Virus genome (UHGV): UHGV-0176991
DNA from: a virus
Strand: one strand, 5' to 3'
Length of the DNA stretch: 44,683 bases
Part shown: one piece after another, positions 24,929 to 34,207 of the stretch
How positions within the stretch are numbered: position 1 is the first letter of the stretch
Layout: each line of letters begins with the position of its first letter
The notes under the pieces: model-generated
Databases searched by the model: none
Seen by the model: only the letters and a program-made list of their open reading frames with translations
What the model was told of the DNA's origin: nothing
Position numbers and translations under genes: made by a program

Positions 24929-25108
24929 ATGGCAGATAATTATGTAATCCGCGAAAAGTACACCCGCGTTGACGTTGTTGACGGTCAGGTGATGCCTGTT
25001 CGCGGTGTGGTAGAGGCTGATGAACTGGTTGCGACTCAACCGGACAACGAAGAAGCGCACAACAACGGCGGTGGTGCTAAGCGTCGTCGCCGTAAATCAG
25101 AGGAATAA
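24929..25108 (+). CDS. hypothetical small protein (59 aa)
   Basis: Hand translation; AAGGAAAGG SD. Confidence 0.4.
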   Translation: MADNYVIREKYTRVDVVDGQVMPVRGVVEADELVATQPDNEEAHNNGGGAKRRRRKSEE

Positions 25109-25111
25109 TTT

Positions 25112-25624
25112 ATGCCGCTAATCGTGGAAGATGGGTCAATAGTACCTGACGCAGACAGTTACATTAGTCTGGCTGACGCCCGCGCGTTAGCGGCTAATTA
25201 TGGTCTGGAGTTACCAGCAGACGATACCGACGCAGAGGTGGCATTGCGCAACGGTACTACTTATGTCGGGCTTGCAGAACCGCAGATGTGCGGTCGCCGC
25301 GTGTCAGCAGAACAGTCTCTGGCGTATCCTCGCACTGGGGTAACGTCGAACGGCTTCCCTGTAGCTAACAATGCCATTCCGAAACAGGTAATTCTTGCGC
25401 AAGTAATCGCTGCGGTTACATATGGTGCAGGCACAGAGGTTCGGGCCAACTCAGACGGACGTTCGGTACAGACCGAGCGCGTAGAGGGCGCAGTGACCGT
25501 GACATACTTCAACAACGGCAACAGCGGAGCTACTACCGCGATTACTGCTGCGGACGACGCCTTACGCCCGTTACTGTGTGGCGGTCTTAACAATGGTTTC
25601 TCGTTTAACGTGTACCGGGGTTAA
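25112..25624 (+). CDS. head-tail connector protein
   Basis: Position between capsid and tail genes. Confidence 0.4.
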   Translation: MPLIVEDGSIVPDADSYISLADARALAANYGLELPADDTDAEVALRNGTTYVGLAEPQMCGRRVSAEQSLAYPRTGVTSNGFPVANNAIPKQVILAQVIAAVTYGAGTEVRANSDGRSVQTERVEGAVTVTYFNNGNSGATTAITAADDALRPLLCGGLNNGFSFNVYRG

Positions 25625-25626
25625 AA

Positions 25627-26241
25627 ATGGCGAAAACTAAGTCAGAGATGTTTACCCTTATCGGTGCGAACCTACCCGATAACACCACCGGACTTATTAC
25701 CCCGGCAGCATTGCGCGAGGTAATGACGCAGATGGCCGACTCGCCTATTTACGCCACTCCGGGGGTTAAAGAGGTTGAAGTTCTCCGCGCGGCGTCGACC
25801 GTAACACAAGCGCCCGCGGCAGTAGATACGGCACTGCAGTTAACTTTCGGCTCTGCTCAGGGAAGCGCCTCCGACCCGGTAATGATTAATGCTGCGGGGC
25901 TGGTTACGTTCAACACCGCAGGTAACTACGCCGTTCGCATCAAGTTACAGGCGGGGCGCACGGGTGCTAGCGGAACGTCCATCCTGCTATCGCGGGTTCT
26001 TCTTAACGGCGCTCAGTACGGCTCGCCCGCTGCCACGAAACTGGTAAGCGCGGATGTAACGATTCCGATTGAGTCTCGCGTCGTTATTAACCCAACCGCG
26101 GGCCAGACGTTTGCCGTTCAGATTATGCGTGATAGCGCCGGAAGCAACTTCGGTGGTGTATACCCGCAAGCGGCGACCGTAACTGCATGGGGTACTGCAC
26201 CGTCCGCATTACTGGTTATTTCGAGACTGGAGGCTGCCTGA
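25627..26241 (+). CDS. head-tail joining protein
   Basis: Position. Confidence 0.4.
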   Translation: MAKTKSEMFTLIGANLPDNTTGLITPAALREVMTQMADSPIYATPGVKEVEVLRAASTVTQAPAAVDTALQLTFGSAQGSASDPVMINAAGLVTFNTAGNYAVRIKLQAGRTGASGTSILLSRVLLNGAQYGSPAATKLVSADVTIPIESRVVINPTAGQTFAVQIMRDSAGSNFGGVYPQAATVTAWGTAPSALLVISRLEAA

Positions 26242-26600
26242 TGAGCACCGCTTTCAGTAAACGTATGCAAGGCGTTGGTACACGCCTGTTAACCAAATTC
26301 GGTAGCACGGTATCCCTGATTCGCGCTGGCTCGAAAGTGTGGGACGAAGTTCTCGGTGAATACGTCTGGTCTGCGGATGAAGTGTTGCCGTTGAAGGCCG
26401 TTCCGGTTCCGGTAAACGCGGAACGGGTAAACGGTACGACGATTCAGGCTGGTGACATGATTGTTAAAGCCGATTACAGCGTCGTTCCGAAGATGGAAGA
26501 CAAGGTACAATTCGGCGGAGAACAATGGTCTGTTGTAGCCATCGAGAAGAAGATGGTTAACGATGATGTCGTGGCCTACTTTATTCAGGTGAGAAAATGA
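26241..26600 (+). CDS. head-tail joining protein
   Basis: Internal ATG of ORF 26187..26600 overlapping upstream stop. Confidence 0.4.
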   Translation: MSTAFSKRMQGVGTRLLTKFGSTVSLIRAGSKVWDEVLGEYVWSADEVLPLKAVPVPVNAERVNGTTIQAGDMIVKADYSVVPKMEDKVQFGGEQWSVVAIEKKMVNDDVVAYFIQVRK

Positions 26601-26992
26601 GTTTCGCGCTTGATGTCTCTAAGTTCGTAGAAAAGGCGAAGAAGAACCCTGAGAAGGTGATGCGCCAGGTGTCTATCAAGCTGTTTTCCGCTATTATAAA
26701 GGCGAGTCCGGTAGACACGGGCCGATTCCGTATGAACTGGATGGCATCTGGTGGGGCTCCTGCTTCAGGTACTACAGACGCCGTCGATAAATCAGGAAAC
26801 ATAGCTATCGGAAACGCTACAAGTTTCGTACTGAAAGCCGCCGACTGGCACGAGTTTACACTGGCAAATAACCTGCCGTATGCGCAACGGCTGGAGTATG
26901 GCTGGTCGCAACAGGCCCCCGCTGGGATGGTTAGGACCAATGTGTCTCGCTTCCAGCAACTCATTAACGAAGAAGCCAACAAGGTGAAATGA
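26597..26992 (+). CDS. tail completion/neck protein
   Basis: Position. Confidence 0.4.
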   Translation: MSFALDVSKFVEKAKKNPEKVMRQVSIKLFSAIIKASPVDTGRFRMNWMASGGAPASGTTDAVDKSGNIAIGNATSFVLKAADWHEFTLANNLPYAQRLEYGWSQQAPAGMVRTNVSRFQQLINEEANKVK

Positions 26993-27405
26993 TGGGCTAC
27001 TTTGAGGACTTAACAAAAGCGTTCGATGTGCCGCTGGTAGCCTTCGGAACCGCCAACGGCATCAGGGTTGCGCTTGAAAACATCGACGCGCCGACGTCAA
27101 CCGATACACCATATCTGGCAAGTTACATGTTGCTGGCGGATACCGAGCAGGCTGATTTGTTCTTCACGGAACAACGCGCCGGTGTTTATCAGGTCGACAT
27201 TAACTACGCATCGGTGAAAGGTAGCGCGCCAATCAATAAAATGGCAGACTTACTTAACACGGCGTTTAAAGCAGGTAAGTCATTTTCTCGTAACGACATC
27301 TGCGCCGAGGTTCAATCGGTTAGCCTGGGGCCGCTGATTGTAGAAAACGGATGGGCCAAACGACCATTGTCAATTAACTTTATTGCATTCACCAAGAGGC
27401 TGTGA
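26989..27405 (+). CDS. tail terminator-like protein
   Basis: Position immediately upstream of major tail gene. Confidence 0.4.
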   Translation: MMGYFEDLTKAFDVPLVAFGTANGIRVALENIDAPTSTDTPYLASYMLLADTEQADLFFTEQRAGVYQVDINYASVKGSAPINKMADLLNTAFKAGKSFSRNDICAEVQSVSLGPLIVENGWAKRPLSINFIAFTKRL

Positions 27406-28577
27406 ATATGGCTACAACTCCTTTTAAGGGCGCGAATACCGCGCAATTCTATGTGGCAGAAGTGACCCCGGGTGTAACACCAAGTAGCCCGGTATGGTCG
27501 CCGTTGCGCAACACAGGTGGCGTTCCTGCGGTAACCCGTGATGCGCTGACCTCCAACGAACTTGACGGCAGCCGTGAAACTACGTCCATCCGCACCGGTA
27601 ACAAGCAGGTTAGCGGGGAGTACGCCATCGAACTTAGCTCCCGTAGCCAGGATGATTTCCTTGCTGGCGCTATGACTTCTACGTGGCAGGATGGCGTGAC
27701 GTTATCCGCTGTTGGTATTACAGTGGACCCGGTAGCGAAAACCTTCACCCGAGCCGCAGGAAGCTTCATTACTGACGGTGTAGAGGTTGGGGACCTTCTG
27801 TATTTTGACGCTTTAACTGGCGACAACTCTAAGCCGTTCATCGTTACCGCCGTAACAGCTACGGTTGTTACGGGCGCAGGTATCCAACACACCCTGACCG
27901 CTGAGGGCCCTATTGAGACCGACGGTAAAACCGGCGACAAGCTGGAAACCGGCAACGCATGTAAGACGTTCTCCATCCTGACGTGGTTCAAAGGCCAGTG
28001 CGGTAACCCTGACGCATACATGCTCACCAAAGGCGTGGAAATCTCTGGCTTCACCGTGGAGCAGGCGGTTAACGCTATGGTCACCGGCAGCTTCCCGTTC
28101 ATTGGCCTGAGTCAGGAGATTCTTACCGCACCACCGACAGGTTCCGACTTCTCTCAGGTCACCTTCGCCGACGAGCCGTTCTCATCTGTAGATGTGTCTG
28201 TGTTCGACGGTTCTACGCCGTTGCGTTGTGATACTCTCACTATCACCAACGATAACGGTGCTTCCGCGCAGTTCGAACTCGGCAACAGTAGCGTGGCGTT
28301 CGTGGAACGTGGCCGCGCAACTAACACCTTCTCCATCTCAGGTAAGCTGTACGACATGGCAATGATTCAGAAGTTTATCAACGAGCAGCAGGTAGAGATT
28401 AACTCTATTCTGGCGGGGGTAAATGGGGCTATGTCTTTCAGCCTAAAACGCGCAGAGCTTACGGCGGTTACACCAGAGATTGGGGGGCCTGAGTCAATCA
28501 CTCAGAGCATAGAAGGACAGTCCACAGGCAATCAATATCAATCTTCAATTGTAATACAGCGTATTAGCTACGCGTAA
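27402..28577 (+). CDS. major tail protein
   Basis: 391 aa, last structural gene before chaperone/tape-measure unit; followed by terminator. Confidence 0.55.
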   Translation: MNMATTPFKGANTAQFYVAEVTPGVTPSSPVWSPLRNTGGVPAVTRDALTSNELDGSRETTSIRTGNKQVSGEYAIELSSRSQDDFLAGAMTSTWQDGVTLSAVGITVDPVAKTFTRAAGSFITDGVEVGDLLYFDALTGDNSKPFIVTAVTATVVTGAGIQHTLTAEGPIETDGKTGDKLETGNACKTFSILTWFKGQCGNPDAYMLTKGVEISGFTVEQAVNAMVTGSFPFIGLSQEILTAPPTGSDFSQVTFADEPFSSVDVSVFDGSTPLRCDTLTITNDNGASAQFELGNSSVAFVERGRATNTFSISGKLYDMAMIQKFINEQQVEINSILAGVNGAMSFSLKRAELTAVTPEIGGPESITQSIEGQSTGNQYQSSIVIQRISYA

Positions 28578-28580
28578 GGA

Positions 28581-28603
28581 AAAGGCCCCGAAAGGGGCCT
28601 TAC
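28581..28603. terminator. GC hairpin terminator aaggcccc-gaaa-ggggcctt
   Basis: Perfect hairpin; reverse complement of the hairpin at 29111. Confidence 0.55.
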
Positions 28604-29097
28604 TATTTACCGTGGTTCTTGTGAAACCCTAAATCTCTTTCAGCAACTCTCCTCGCGGCAACTGCATCTAGTAGCGTTTTAAAGCATCCGATGTGTGTTT
28701 TTACGTTATTGTTGAATATCTGCGCATACCACAACCTTTCTTTCGCGTTCCAGTAAACCCCGGTTACTCCTGATTTATTATTACGCTGTTTTGACATATT
28801 TTTATGGTTTTCCGCATTGGACTTTTTAGCTAAGTTAAGCGGTCTATTGTTTATTCGGTTATGGTCTAGATGGTCTATTTGATCTGACGAGGTTAGCTTA
28901 TCGTTAGGATTGTTTAAGTCCCATGCTATACGGTGTGCCGCGTGCCATTTGCCTCTGAAAAATATCCTTCTATATCCGTCTCGCTGTATAGTACCTGCCT
29001 CCTCTCCAGCCTTAGCCCTCCCGGACCGTGTTACTCTGTTAAATATCCTTCCTGAAATTAAGTCGTATATGAAAAATTCATTCCAATCCATAATCAT
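28603..29097 (-). CDS. HNH homing endonuclease with AP2 DNA-binding domain
   Basis: IDHLDHNRINNRPLNL (HNH) and SGVTGVYWNAKERLWYAQIFNNNVKTHIGCFKTLLDAVAARRVAE (AP2); AT-rich relative to flanks. Confidence 0.75.
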   Translation of the reverse strand: MIMDWNEFFIYDLISGRIFNRVTRSGRAKAGEEAGTIQRDGYRRIFFRGKWHAAHRIAWDLNNPNDKLTSSDQIDHLDHNRINNRPLNLAKKSNAENHKNMSKQRNNKSGVTGVYWNAKERLWYAQIFNNNVKTHIGCFKTLLDAVAARRVAERDLGFHKNHGK

Positions 29098-29110
29098 CTC
29101 CTATTGTCAT

Positions 29111-29137
29111 AAGGCCCCTTTCGGGGCCTTTTTCTTA
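29111..29137 (+). terminator. GC hairpin aaggcccc-tttc-ggggcctt + T-run
   Basis: Identical 22-mer also at 40997. Confidence 0.5.
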
Positions 29138-29311
29138 CTCACTTTTGAATGGCATTTCATAGAAGTTAGTTAACTGGCCCCGGTTACTCCGTTCTGTCAT
29201 TTCTTTAGAGGCCTCTTCCTTACTACCGACGGCATAAATATCGACCCACTCGTCCCATTCTTCGTCGTATACTCGGATTACATATATTGTTTTCATAATA
29301 TTTTCACTCAT
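29135..29311 (-). CDS. hypothetical small protein
   Basis: Internal ATG of ORF 29135..29353. Confidence 0.35.
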   Translation of the reverse strand: MSENIMKTIYVIRVYDEEWDEWVDIYAVGSKEEASKEMTERSNRGQLTNFYEMPFKSE

Positions 29312-29534
29312 CGATATTGCTTCGGTACTCCCGTAACTTCTCCAGGCTTTCAATTGCTTCTGCTAAGTCGGTTCCCGTGTCCTTGTGGCCGCGCAAGCCC
29401 ATACACAACAGCTTCTTCAATGCGTGCTGTAGCGCCGGGTCGCGGATGTCGAAGGCACGCAGCACATCATAAACGTCTACTGTCATAGTGCTGCCGTGGG
29501 TGTTTGTCATTGTGCGGTTATATTTTGAAGTCAT
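29304..29534 (-). CDS. DUF3310-like phage protein
   Basis: TVDVYDVLRAFDIRDPALQHALKKLLCMGLRGHKD...DLAEAIESLEKL pattern recalled for that family. Confidence 0.4.
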   Translation of the reverse strand: MTSKYNRTMTNTHGSTMTVDVYDVLRAFDIRDPALQHALKKLLCMGLRGHKDTGTDLAEAIESLEKLREYRSNIDE

Positions 29535-30661
29535 CCCAGCATCTCCGGTGAAATAGTTAAACGTGCGACCTCACCGTATTCGGCGCTATAAGTAATTACA
29601 TTCGCACTGCGCCCTGACATCCACCCGCCGCGCGAGGCGTAGGCGTCTTTAGCCGCCAGGGTGCGGTGTTGCTCAACAATCATGTTACGACTTTCTACAA
29701 TCTTCTGATGGTGCAGGTGGCCTACGTGGGCGTAGCTGTAAACGCTCTCGCCGAACGCTTTACGGAACTTGGCAATCATAACCGGTTCGATAGCGTCGAA
29801 GCGCACTTTATGCCCGTGATGGAAGAACAGCGTCGTTTTGCCGTGTTGCACCATTTTGTAAACATCCGGCGACGTGTCGACGAACACCCGCGGCTCGTTG
29901 TCGTACAGCGTACTGAACATCTCAGCCAACCAAATCATTCCGCTTTCGTCGTGGTTCCCTTGCACGATAAGCAAGCGGACATTTTTATGTTTAACCAGCG
30001 CCATATCAATAACACGGCGCACCATACGAATCATGTAACGGACCAGTTTCTGATAGCGCGTGTCCGCATCAAGAACATGACCGCTTGCTGGCGTAACGGC
30101 GTCCAGACTATCGAAGTGCGCAAGGTCACCAAGCAGGTTAATAACCCCTGTTCCTGCATCCGGCGCTTTCTGAAACGCCGCATCGAACCATCGAGAGAAC
30201 AGGTCTTCTGCAATCTTCATGTCCCAGTCGTCGCCGCTCTCGTCGGCCCAGGCCAGCATACCGAGATGGAAATCAGATACCGTGTAAAGATTGAGTAGCT
30301 TATCGTCGCGTTTGGCTCGAGTCGCTTTAACAGGGGTAACTGGTGTAATCTCCGACTTCATGCCCTCGATTACGGCCTTCATTAACTCTACCTGACGTTC
30401 GGCATCGGTGTCGGTCTTAACCCATTGCAATTTAGTGTTGCCGAACTCGTCCACTAGTGACGACGTTCCTTTAATCTTGTAGCCGTCCGGTACAAGGTGA
30501 CTAACGTCACGCCCGTGGCCTACACCTTTCTTAGCCAGCTTCGCTTTACGGATACGAATAACGCGGTCGGAGATGCCATATTTACGAGCGATGTCTACAT
30601 TCTTCATCCCGGCGTTCAATTCTTCCTGTAATTGTTCGTCGGTTATTTTCTTCTGGGCCAT
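29531..30661 (-). CDS. HTH-fused calcineurin-like metallophosphoesterase (SbcD/Mre11-like motifs)
   Basis: N-terminal HTH (NVDIARKYGISDRVIRIRK); SDFHLG, GDLAHFD, GNHDE, HHGH, GHLHH metallophosphatase motifs. Confidence 0.7.
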   Translation of the reverse strand: MAQKKITDEQLQEELNAGMKNVDIARKYGISDRVIRIRKAKLAKKGVGHGRDVSHLVPDGYKIKGTSSLVDEFGNTKLQWVKTDTDAERQVELMKAVIEGMKSEITPVTPVKATRAKRDDKLLNLYTVSDFHLGMLAWADESGDDWDMKIAEDLFSRWFDAAFQKAPDAGTGVINLLGDLAHFDSLDAVTPASGHVLDADTRYQKLVRYMIRMVRRVIDMALVKHKNVRLLIVQGNHDESGMIWLAEMFSTLYDNEPRVFVDTSPDVYKMVQHGKTTLFFHHGHKVRFDAIEPVMIAKFRKAFGESVYSYAHVGHLHHQKIVESRNMIVEQHRTLAAKDAYASRGGWMSGRSANVITYSAEYGEVARLTISPEMLG

Positions 30662-30699
30662 GCTTACTTCCTCGTGTTTAGGATTTGTCCTATACTAGC

Positions 30700-30891
30700 T
30701 CACTTCTCTTTGACATTCGAGTTGCACGCCCAGATTAAAATAAAGACCCACGGCAGTAGAACCCAGCCAAGAAACAGATTAGCCATGAATATCGCTAATT
30801 TCGCTTTATGACCACGCATATGGGCCACTAAAAACGGGATAAAATAAACTAAAACGATAATGATTAAGAAGAACATAGTAATACCTGTCAT
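30700..30891 (-). CDS. small two-TM membrane protein, superinfection-immunity (Imm)-like
   Basis: VYFIPFLVAHMRGHKAKLAIFMANLFLGWVLLPWVFILIWA pattern. Confidence 0.5.
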   Translation of the reverse strand: MTGITMFFLIIIVLVYFIPFLVAHMRGHKAKLAIFMANLFLGWVLLPWVFILIWACNSNVKEK

Positions 30892-30932
30892 GGTGTAGCT
30901 CCTGTTTGAGTTAACATTGTCGGTGTAAGTGA

Positions 30933-30961
30933 ATAGTATCCTATTATGTTGGGGTCCGCAA
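30933..30961 (-). promoter_or_regulatory. sigma70-type promoter (minus strand) TTGCGG-17-TACTAT
   Basis: Reverse complement ttgcggaccccaacataataggatactattcac, near-identical to the 10602 promoter. Confidence 0.5.
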
Positions 30962-31068
30962 GTAATGTGTTAGAATTATTTTGCGCCTAGTGTCGCACAC
31001 GAAAAGCGGGTGGTTCCCGCCTGGCGCATTCACCTTAACCAGTAACCTCTTAACCAAAGGATTAAAGA

Positions 31069-31485
31069 ATGAAACTTTCCGATTTTTATTACGAAGCTGA
31101 GGCGGAAAAAGGCGCCCGTATGCCGATCCCACTGAAAGACGGCACCGATTCAGGGGAGTGGCTGAACGTTGTTTCACCTGAGGCAGACGTTGCAGTTAAA
31201 GCTATGAGGGCGTTTACACTTGCGTACCGCGCGGCATTAGGTAAATTGAAACCGCTTCGTGATAAATGCGAGGAACTGAAAGATTTCTCGGAATACAATA
31301 TTAAGATGGAAGACGCTGCGACGGACCTTAACCGCCAGTTAGCACTTGAACTGGTTAACGGTTGGAGTCTCGACGATGAATTTAATAAAGAGAACCTGAA
31401 TACTCTTTTCTCACAATATAAACGCCTCGCTGAACACGTTGTCGTTTTCCACAATGAACAGCTACGCCAATTGCAGGAAAAGTAG
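31069..31485 (+). CDS. tail assembly chaperone (gpG-like)
   Basis: Position between major tail and tape-measure genes; followed by -1 frame extension ORF. Confidence 0.55.
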   Translation: MKLSDFYYEAEAEKGARMPIPLKDGTDSGEWLNVVSPEADVAVKAMRAFTLAYRAALGKLKPLRDKCEELKDFSEYNIKMEDAATDLNRQLALELVNGWSLDDEFNKENLNTLFSQYKRLAEHVVVFHNEQLRQLQEK

Positions 31486-31490
31486 ACGCG

Positions 31491-31850
31491 TTGCTCCAGT
31501 TTGCCCGTTGGAACTTCATAACCCGCCACAAACGGCGGGAGTTTGACAGTATCGCAGATGGGCATAAAGCCGCGCTAATTGCTATGGGGGTTATGCAAGA
31601 TGCGCCGGAAGCAACGCAGGACACAGGGCCGGAATGCCCCCCTGAGCTATTAACCACCTTCGAGAAGTACAGGGAAATCAAATTCACCCGCCGAGTGGAC
31701 GATGATGGCATCAAGATGTACCCGCGCGAACAGTTAAGATGGTCGGATTTAGTGGCATACAGCGCCGTTTCAGGCCAGAATATAGGCATGTTTGAATCTG
31801 ACATCATCATGAGCTTAGACGCTATTTTCGAGGGTAGAAACGATGGCTGA
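31491..31850 (+). CDS. tail assembly chaperone frameshift extension (gpT-like; made as G-T fusion)
   Basis: Open in -1 frame from 31458 relative to G; no own ATG/SD; ends at tape-measure start. Confidence 0.45.
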   Translation: MLQFARWNFITRHKRREFDSIADGHKAALIAMGVMQDAPEATQDTGPECPPELLTTFEKYREIKFTRRVDDDGIKMYPREQLRWSDLVAYSAVSGQNIGMFESDIIMSLDAIFEGRNDG

Positions 31851-34179
31851 TGTAGCTAGTTTAGTTGTAAAGGTATCAGAGCAAGGCGCGAAAGCTACAT
31901 CGGACCGTCTTGATAATCTCTCCAAGTCGGCAAAAGTAGCGGGGGCAGCCGTAGCCGGCCTCGCTTCCATCGTCGCCGCTACCGCGTACAAGGCCGCACA
32001 GGAACTAGTAGACTCCCAACGGCAACTGGACAAGATGTCCGCCAGCCTGAAAACGCTAACCGGAAGCACGCAGGGTGCAAGACAGGCGTTAAGCATCCTG
32101 CAAGACTTCGCGCGCGACACTCCGTATGGCCTTGAACAGGCGGTAGAGGGATTCCGTAAACTGGTGGCTCTCGGCCTTACCCCCTCAGAAGAAGCGTTGC
32201 GCTCCTATGGCAACACTGCCGCTGCTATGGGTAAAGACCTTAATCAGATGATTGAGGCCGTTGCGGACGCCAGTACATTTGAATTTGAGCGCCTTAAAGA
32301 ATTTGGTATCAAGGCCAAGCAGAACAAAAACGATGTTGAATTTACATTCCAGGGCACTACTACGGTGGTTAAGAAGAGCGCCGCCGATATCGAGCAATAC
32401 CTGCTCAACATTGGTAACGTAAACTTCGCGGGGGCTATGGCGGACCAGGCCAACACACTTAACGGGGCCATAGCCAGTGCCAGCGACTCATGGTCACAGT
32501 TAAAAATGACACTGGCTACCAGCCTTGATGTTGGTGCTCTTGCGGAACCCATCCGGTACATCGATGATTTAATCCAGGAACTTAACGCACAGGTGGCATC
32601 CGGCGAACTCGCCGCTGAGATGCGTATGTGGGGTGGCATCGCATCAGAAGTGGGCAGCGCGATAGAGATGTCGTTCGACGCGGCATTTGGTTTCGTAGGC
32701 GACGCGATAAACGGGCTGAATGAACTTTGGGATTTTAGCAGCAAAAGTATCACTGACAGCGGAGAACAAACGGCGACCACTATAGCCGAATCCGCGGCGG
32801 ATGCTCTCGATTTCATCGCAGAAGAATTTACAGCGATGGAACGTTTCTTTGAGGACATGGTTAAAGGTGCACAGGACGCTGGCCGGTTGGTGAAAGCTGC
32901 CTTCACACCAGGGGAATCTGTAGACGTAGCAAAAAACATTAACTTCCAGCTAGGGATGGCACTGGATACTCAGCGTGATGTTGCAGACCTGACCCGTAAA
33001 AGTTTCCGCGAACAGGTGGAGGCTCAGCAAAATATTGTCGCGCTTAAACGCGCGGCATATGACATCGACAAAGAAGCTGCTAAGGAAGAAGGGCTTAGTA
33101 AATTTAAGGTAACGGGTACCGGTGGCGGGTCCGAAGATGATAACGCTAGTGCAAAAGCCGCCAAGAAAGCTGCGGATGCGTTCGAGCGCCAGAAGAAAGC
33201 CGCGGAGGATTTCTACTACCAGTCGATTCATCTCAATGATGACGTATTCCAGAAAATAGAAGCCAACCAGGAACAGCAGCTAACCAAGCTACAGGAGTTC
33301 TACGGCAATAGGCTTCTTAGCGACCAACAATACGAGAACGCCAAAACTCAGATTATGCTGGAGGCGGATACCGCACGGCAGCAAGAATTGGATAAGCGCG
33401 AGAAAGAACGGCAGGAAAAGCAGCAGAAAGGCGACGACTTCATGGCTCAGATTATGGGCCAGAACGCTACTGAGCTTGAGCTTCTCGACATTCAGGAACA
33501 GCAGAAGCTGGCGGTAGCTGATAAGTACCGAGAACAGGGACTGATTAACGAGGAACAGTATCAGGCGGCGCTTAACGCTATCAATGAGGGATATGCCACG
33601 AAACGTGCGGATGCTTTAGGTAGCTCTTTCGGTGACATGGCGGCTAATGCTAAAACAGCATTTGGCGAGGCGTCCACCGCGTATAAAGCGTTTGCTATTG
33701 CACAGGCAACTATCGCCACGTACACATCGGCTATTGAGGCATATAAGTCCACGGCGGCTATACCGGTTGTCGGCCCGTTCCTTGCACCTGTTGCCGCAGC
33801 TACTGCCGTTGCCGCAGGGCTGGCTAATATAGCCAAAATCCGCTCGGCGCGTGAACAGGGCGGTCAGTTATCAGCGGGCCAGATGTCAACTATAGCGGAA
33901 CGTGGTAAACCGGAAGTTATCATGCCCGCGGGTGCATCGCGTGTGCGCACCGCGCAGCAGATGAAAGAAATCATGGGGCAAAACGGCGGCCAGTCCGGCG
34001 GGGATAACGTCACCATCGTCAACAACACCACTGGGCGTGTGGATTCTGCCGTGACGGAACGTGATGACGAAGGGCGTTTACGTATTATAATCAGTGAAAC
34101 AGTAGCGTCGCAGTTACAGGATAACAACTCACCGATTTCTAAAGCTCGCCGCTCTACTCGCGGTCAGCCGGGGTATTAA
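31843..34179 (+). CDS. tail tape measure protein
   Basis: 778 aa, Ala/Gln-rich coiled-coil. Confidence 0.8.
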   Translation: MADVASLVVKVSEQGAKATSDRLDNLSKSAKVAGAAVAGLASIVAATAYKAAQELVDSQRQLDKMSASLKTLTGSTQGARQALSILQDFARDTPYGLEQAVEGFRKLVALGLTPSEEALRSYGNTAAAMGKDLNQMIEAVADASTFEFERLKEFGIKAKQNKNDVEFTFQGTTTVVKKSAADIEQYLLNIGNVNFAGAMADQANTLNGAIASASDSWSQLKMTLATSLDVGALAEPIRYIDDLIQELNAQVASGELAAEMRMWGGIASEVGSAIEMSFDAAFGFVGDAINGLNELWDFSSKSITDSGEQTATTIAESAADALDFIAEEFTAMERFFEDMVKGAQDAGRLVKAAFTPGESVDVAKNINFQLGMALDTQRDVADLTRKSFREQVEAQQNIVALKRAAYDIDKEAAKEEGLSKFKVTGTGGGSEDDNASAKAAKKAADAFERQKKAAEDFYYQSIHLNDDVFQKIEANQEQQLTKLQEFYGNRLLSDQQYENAKTQIMLEADTARQQELDKREKERQEKQQKGDDFMAQIMGQNATELELLDIQEQQKLAVADKYREQGLINEEQYQAALNAINEGYATKRADALGSSFGDMAANAKTAFGEASTAYKAFAIAQATIATYTSAIEAYKSTAAIPVVGPFLAPVAAATAVAAGLANIAKIRSAREQGGQLSAGQMSTIAERGKPEVIMPAGASRVRTAQQMKEIMGQNGGQSGGDNVTIVNNTTGRVDSAVTERDDEGRLRIIISETVASQLQDNNSPISKARRSTRGQPGY

Positions 34180-34180
34180 A

Positions 34181-34207
34181 GGTAGGGGCTAACGCCCCTC
34201 TTTTATC
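34181..34207 (+). terminator. intrinsic terminator aggggc-taac-gcccct + T-run
   Basis: Hairpin nearly identical to the 6971 terminator. Confidence 0.6.
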
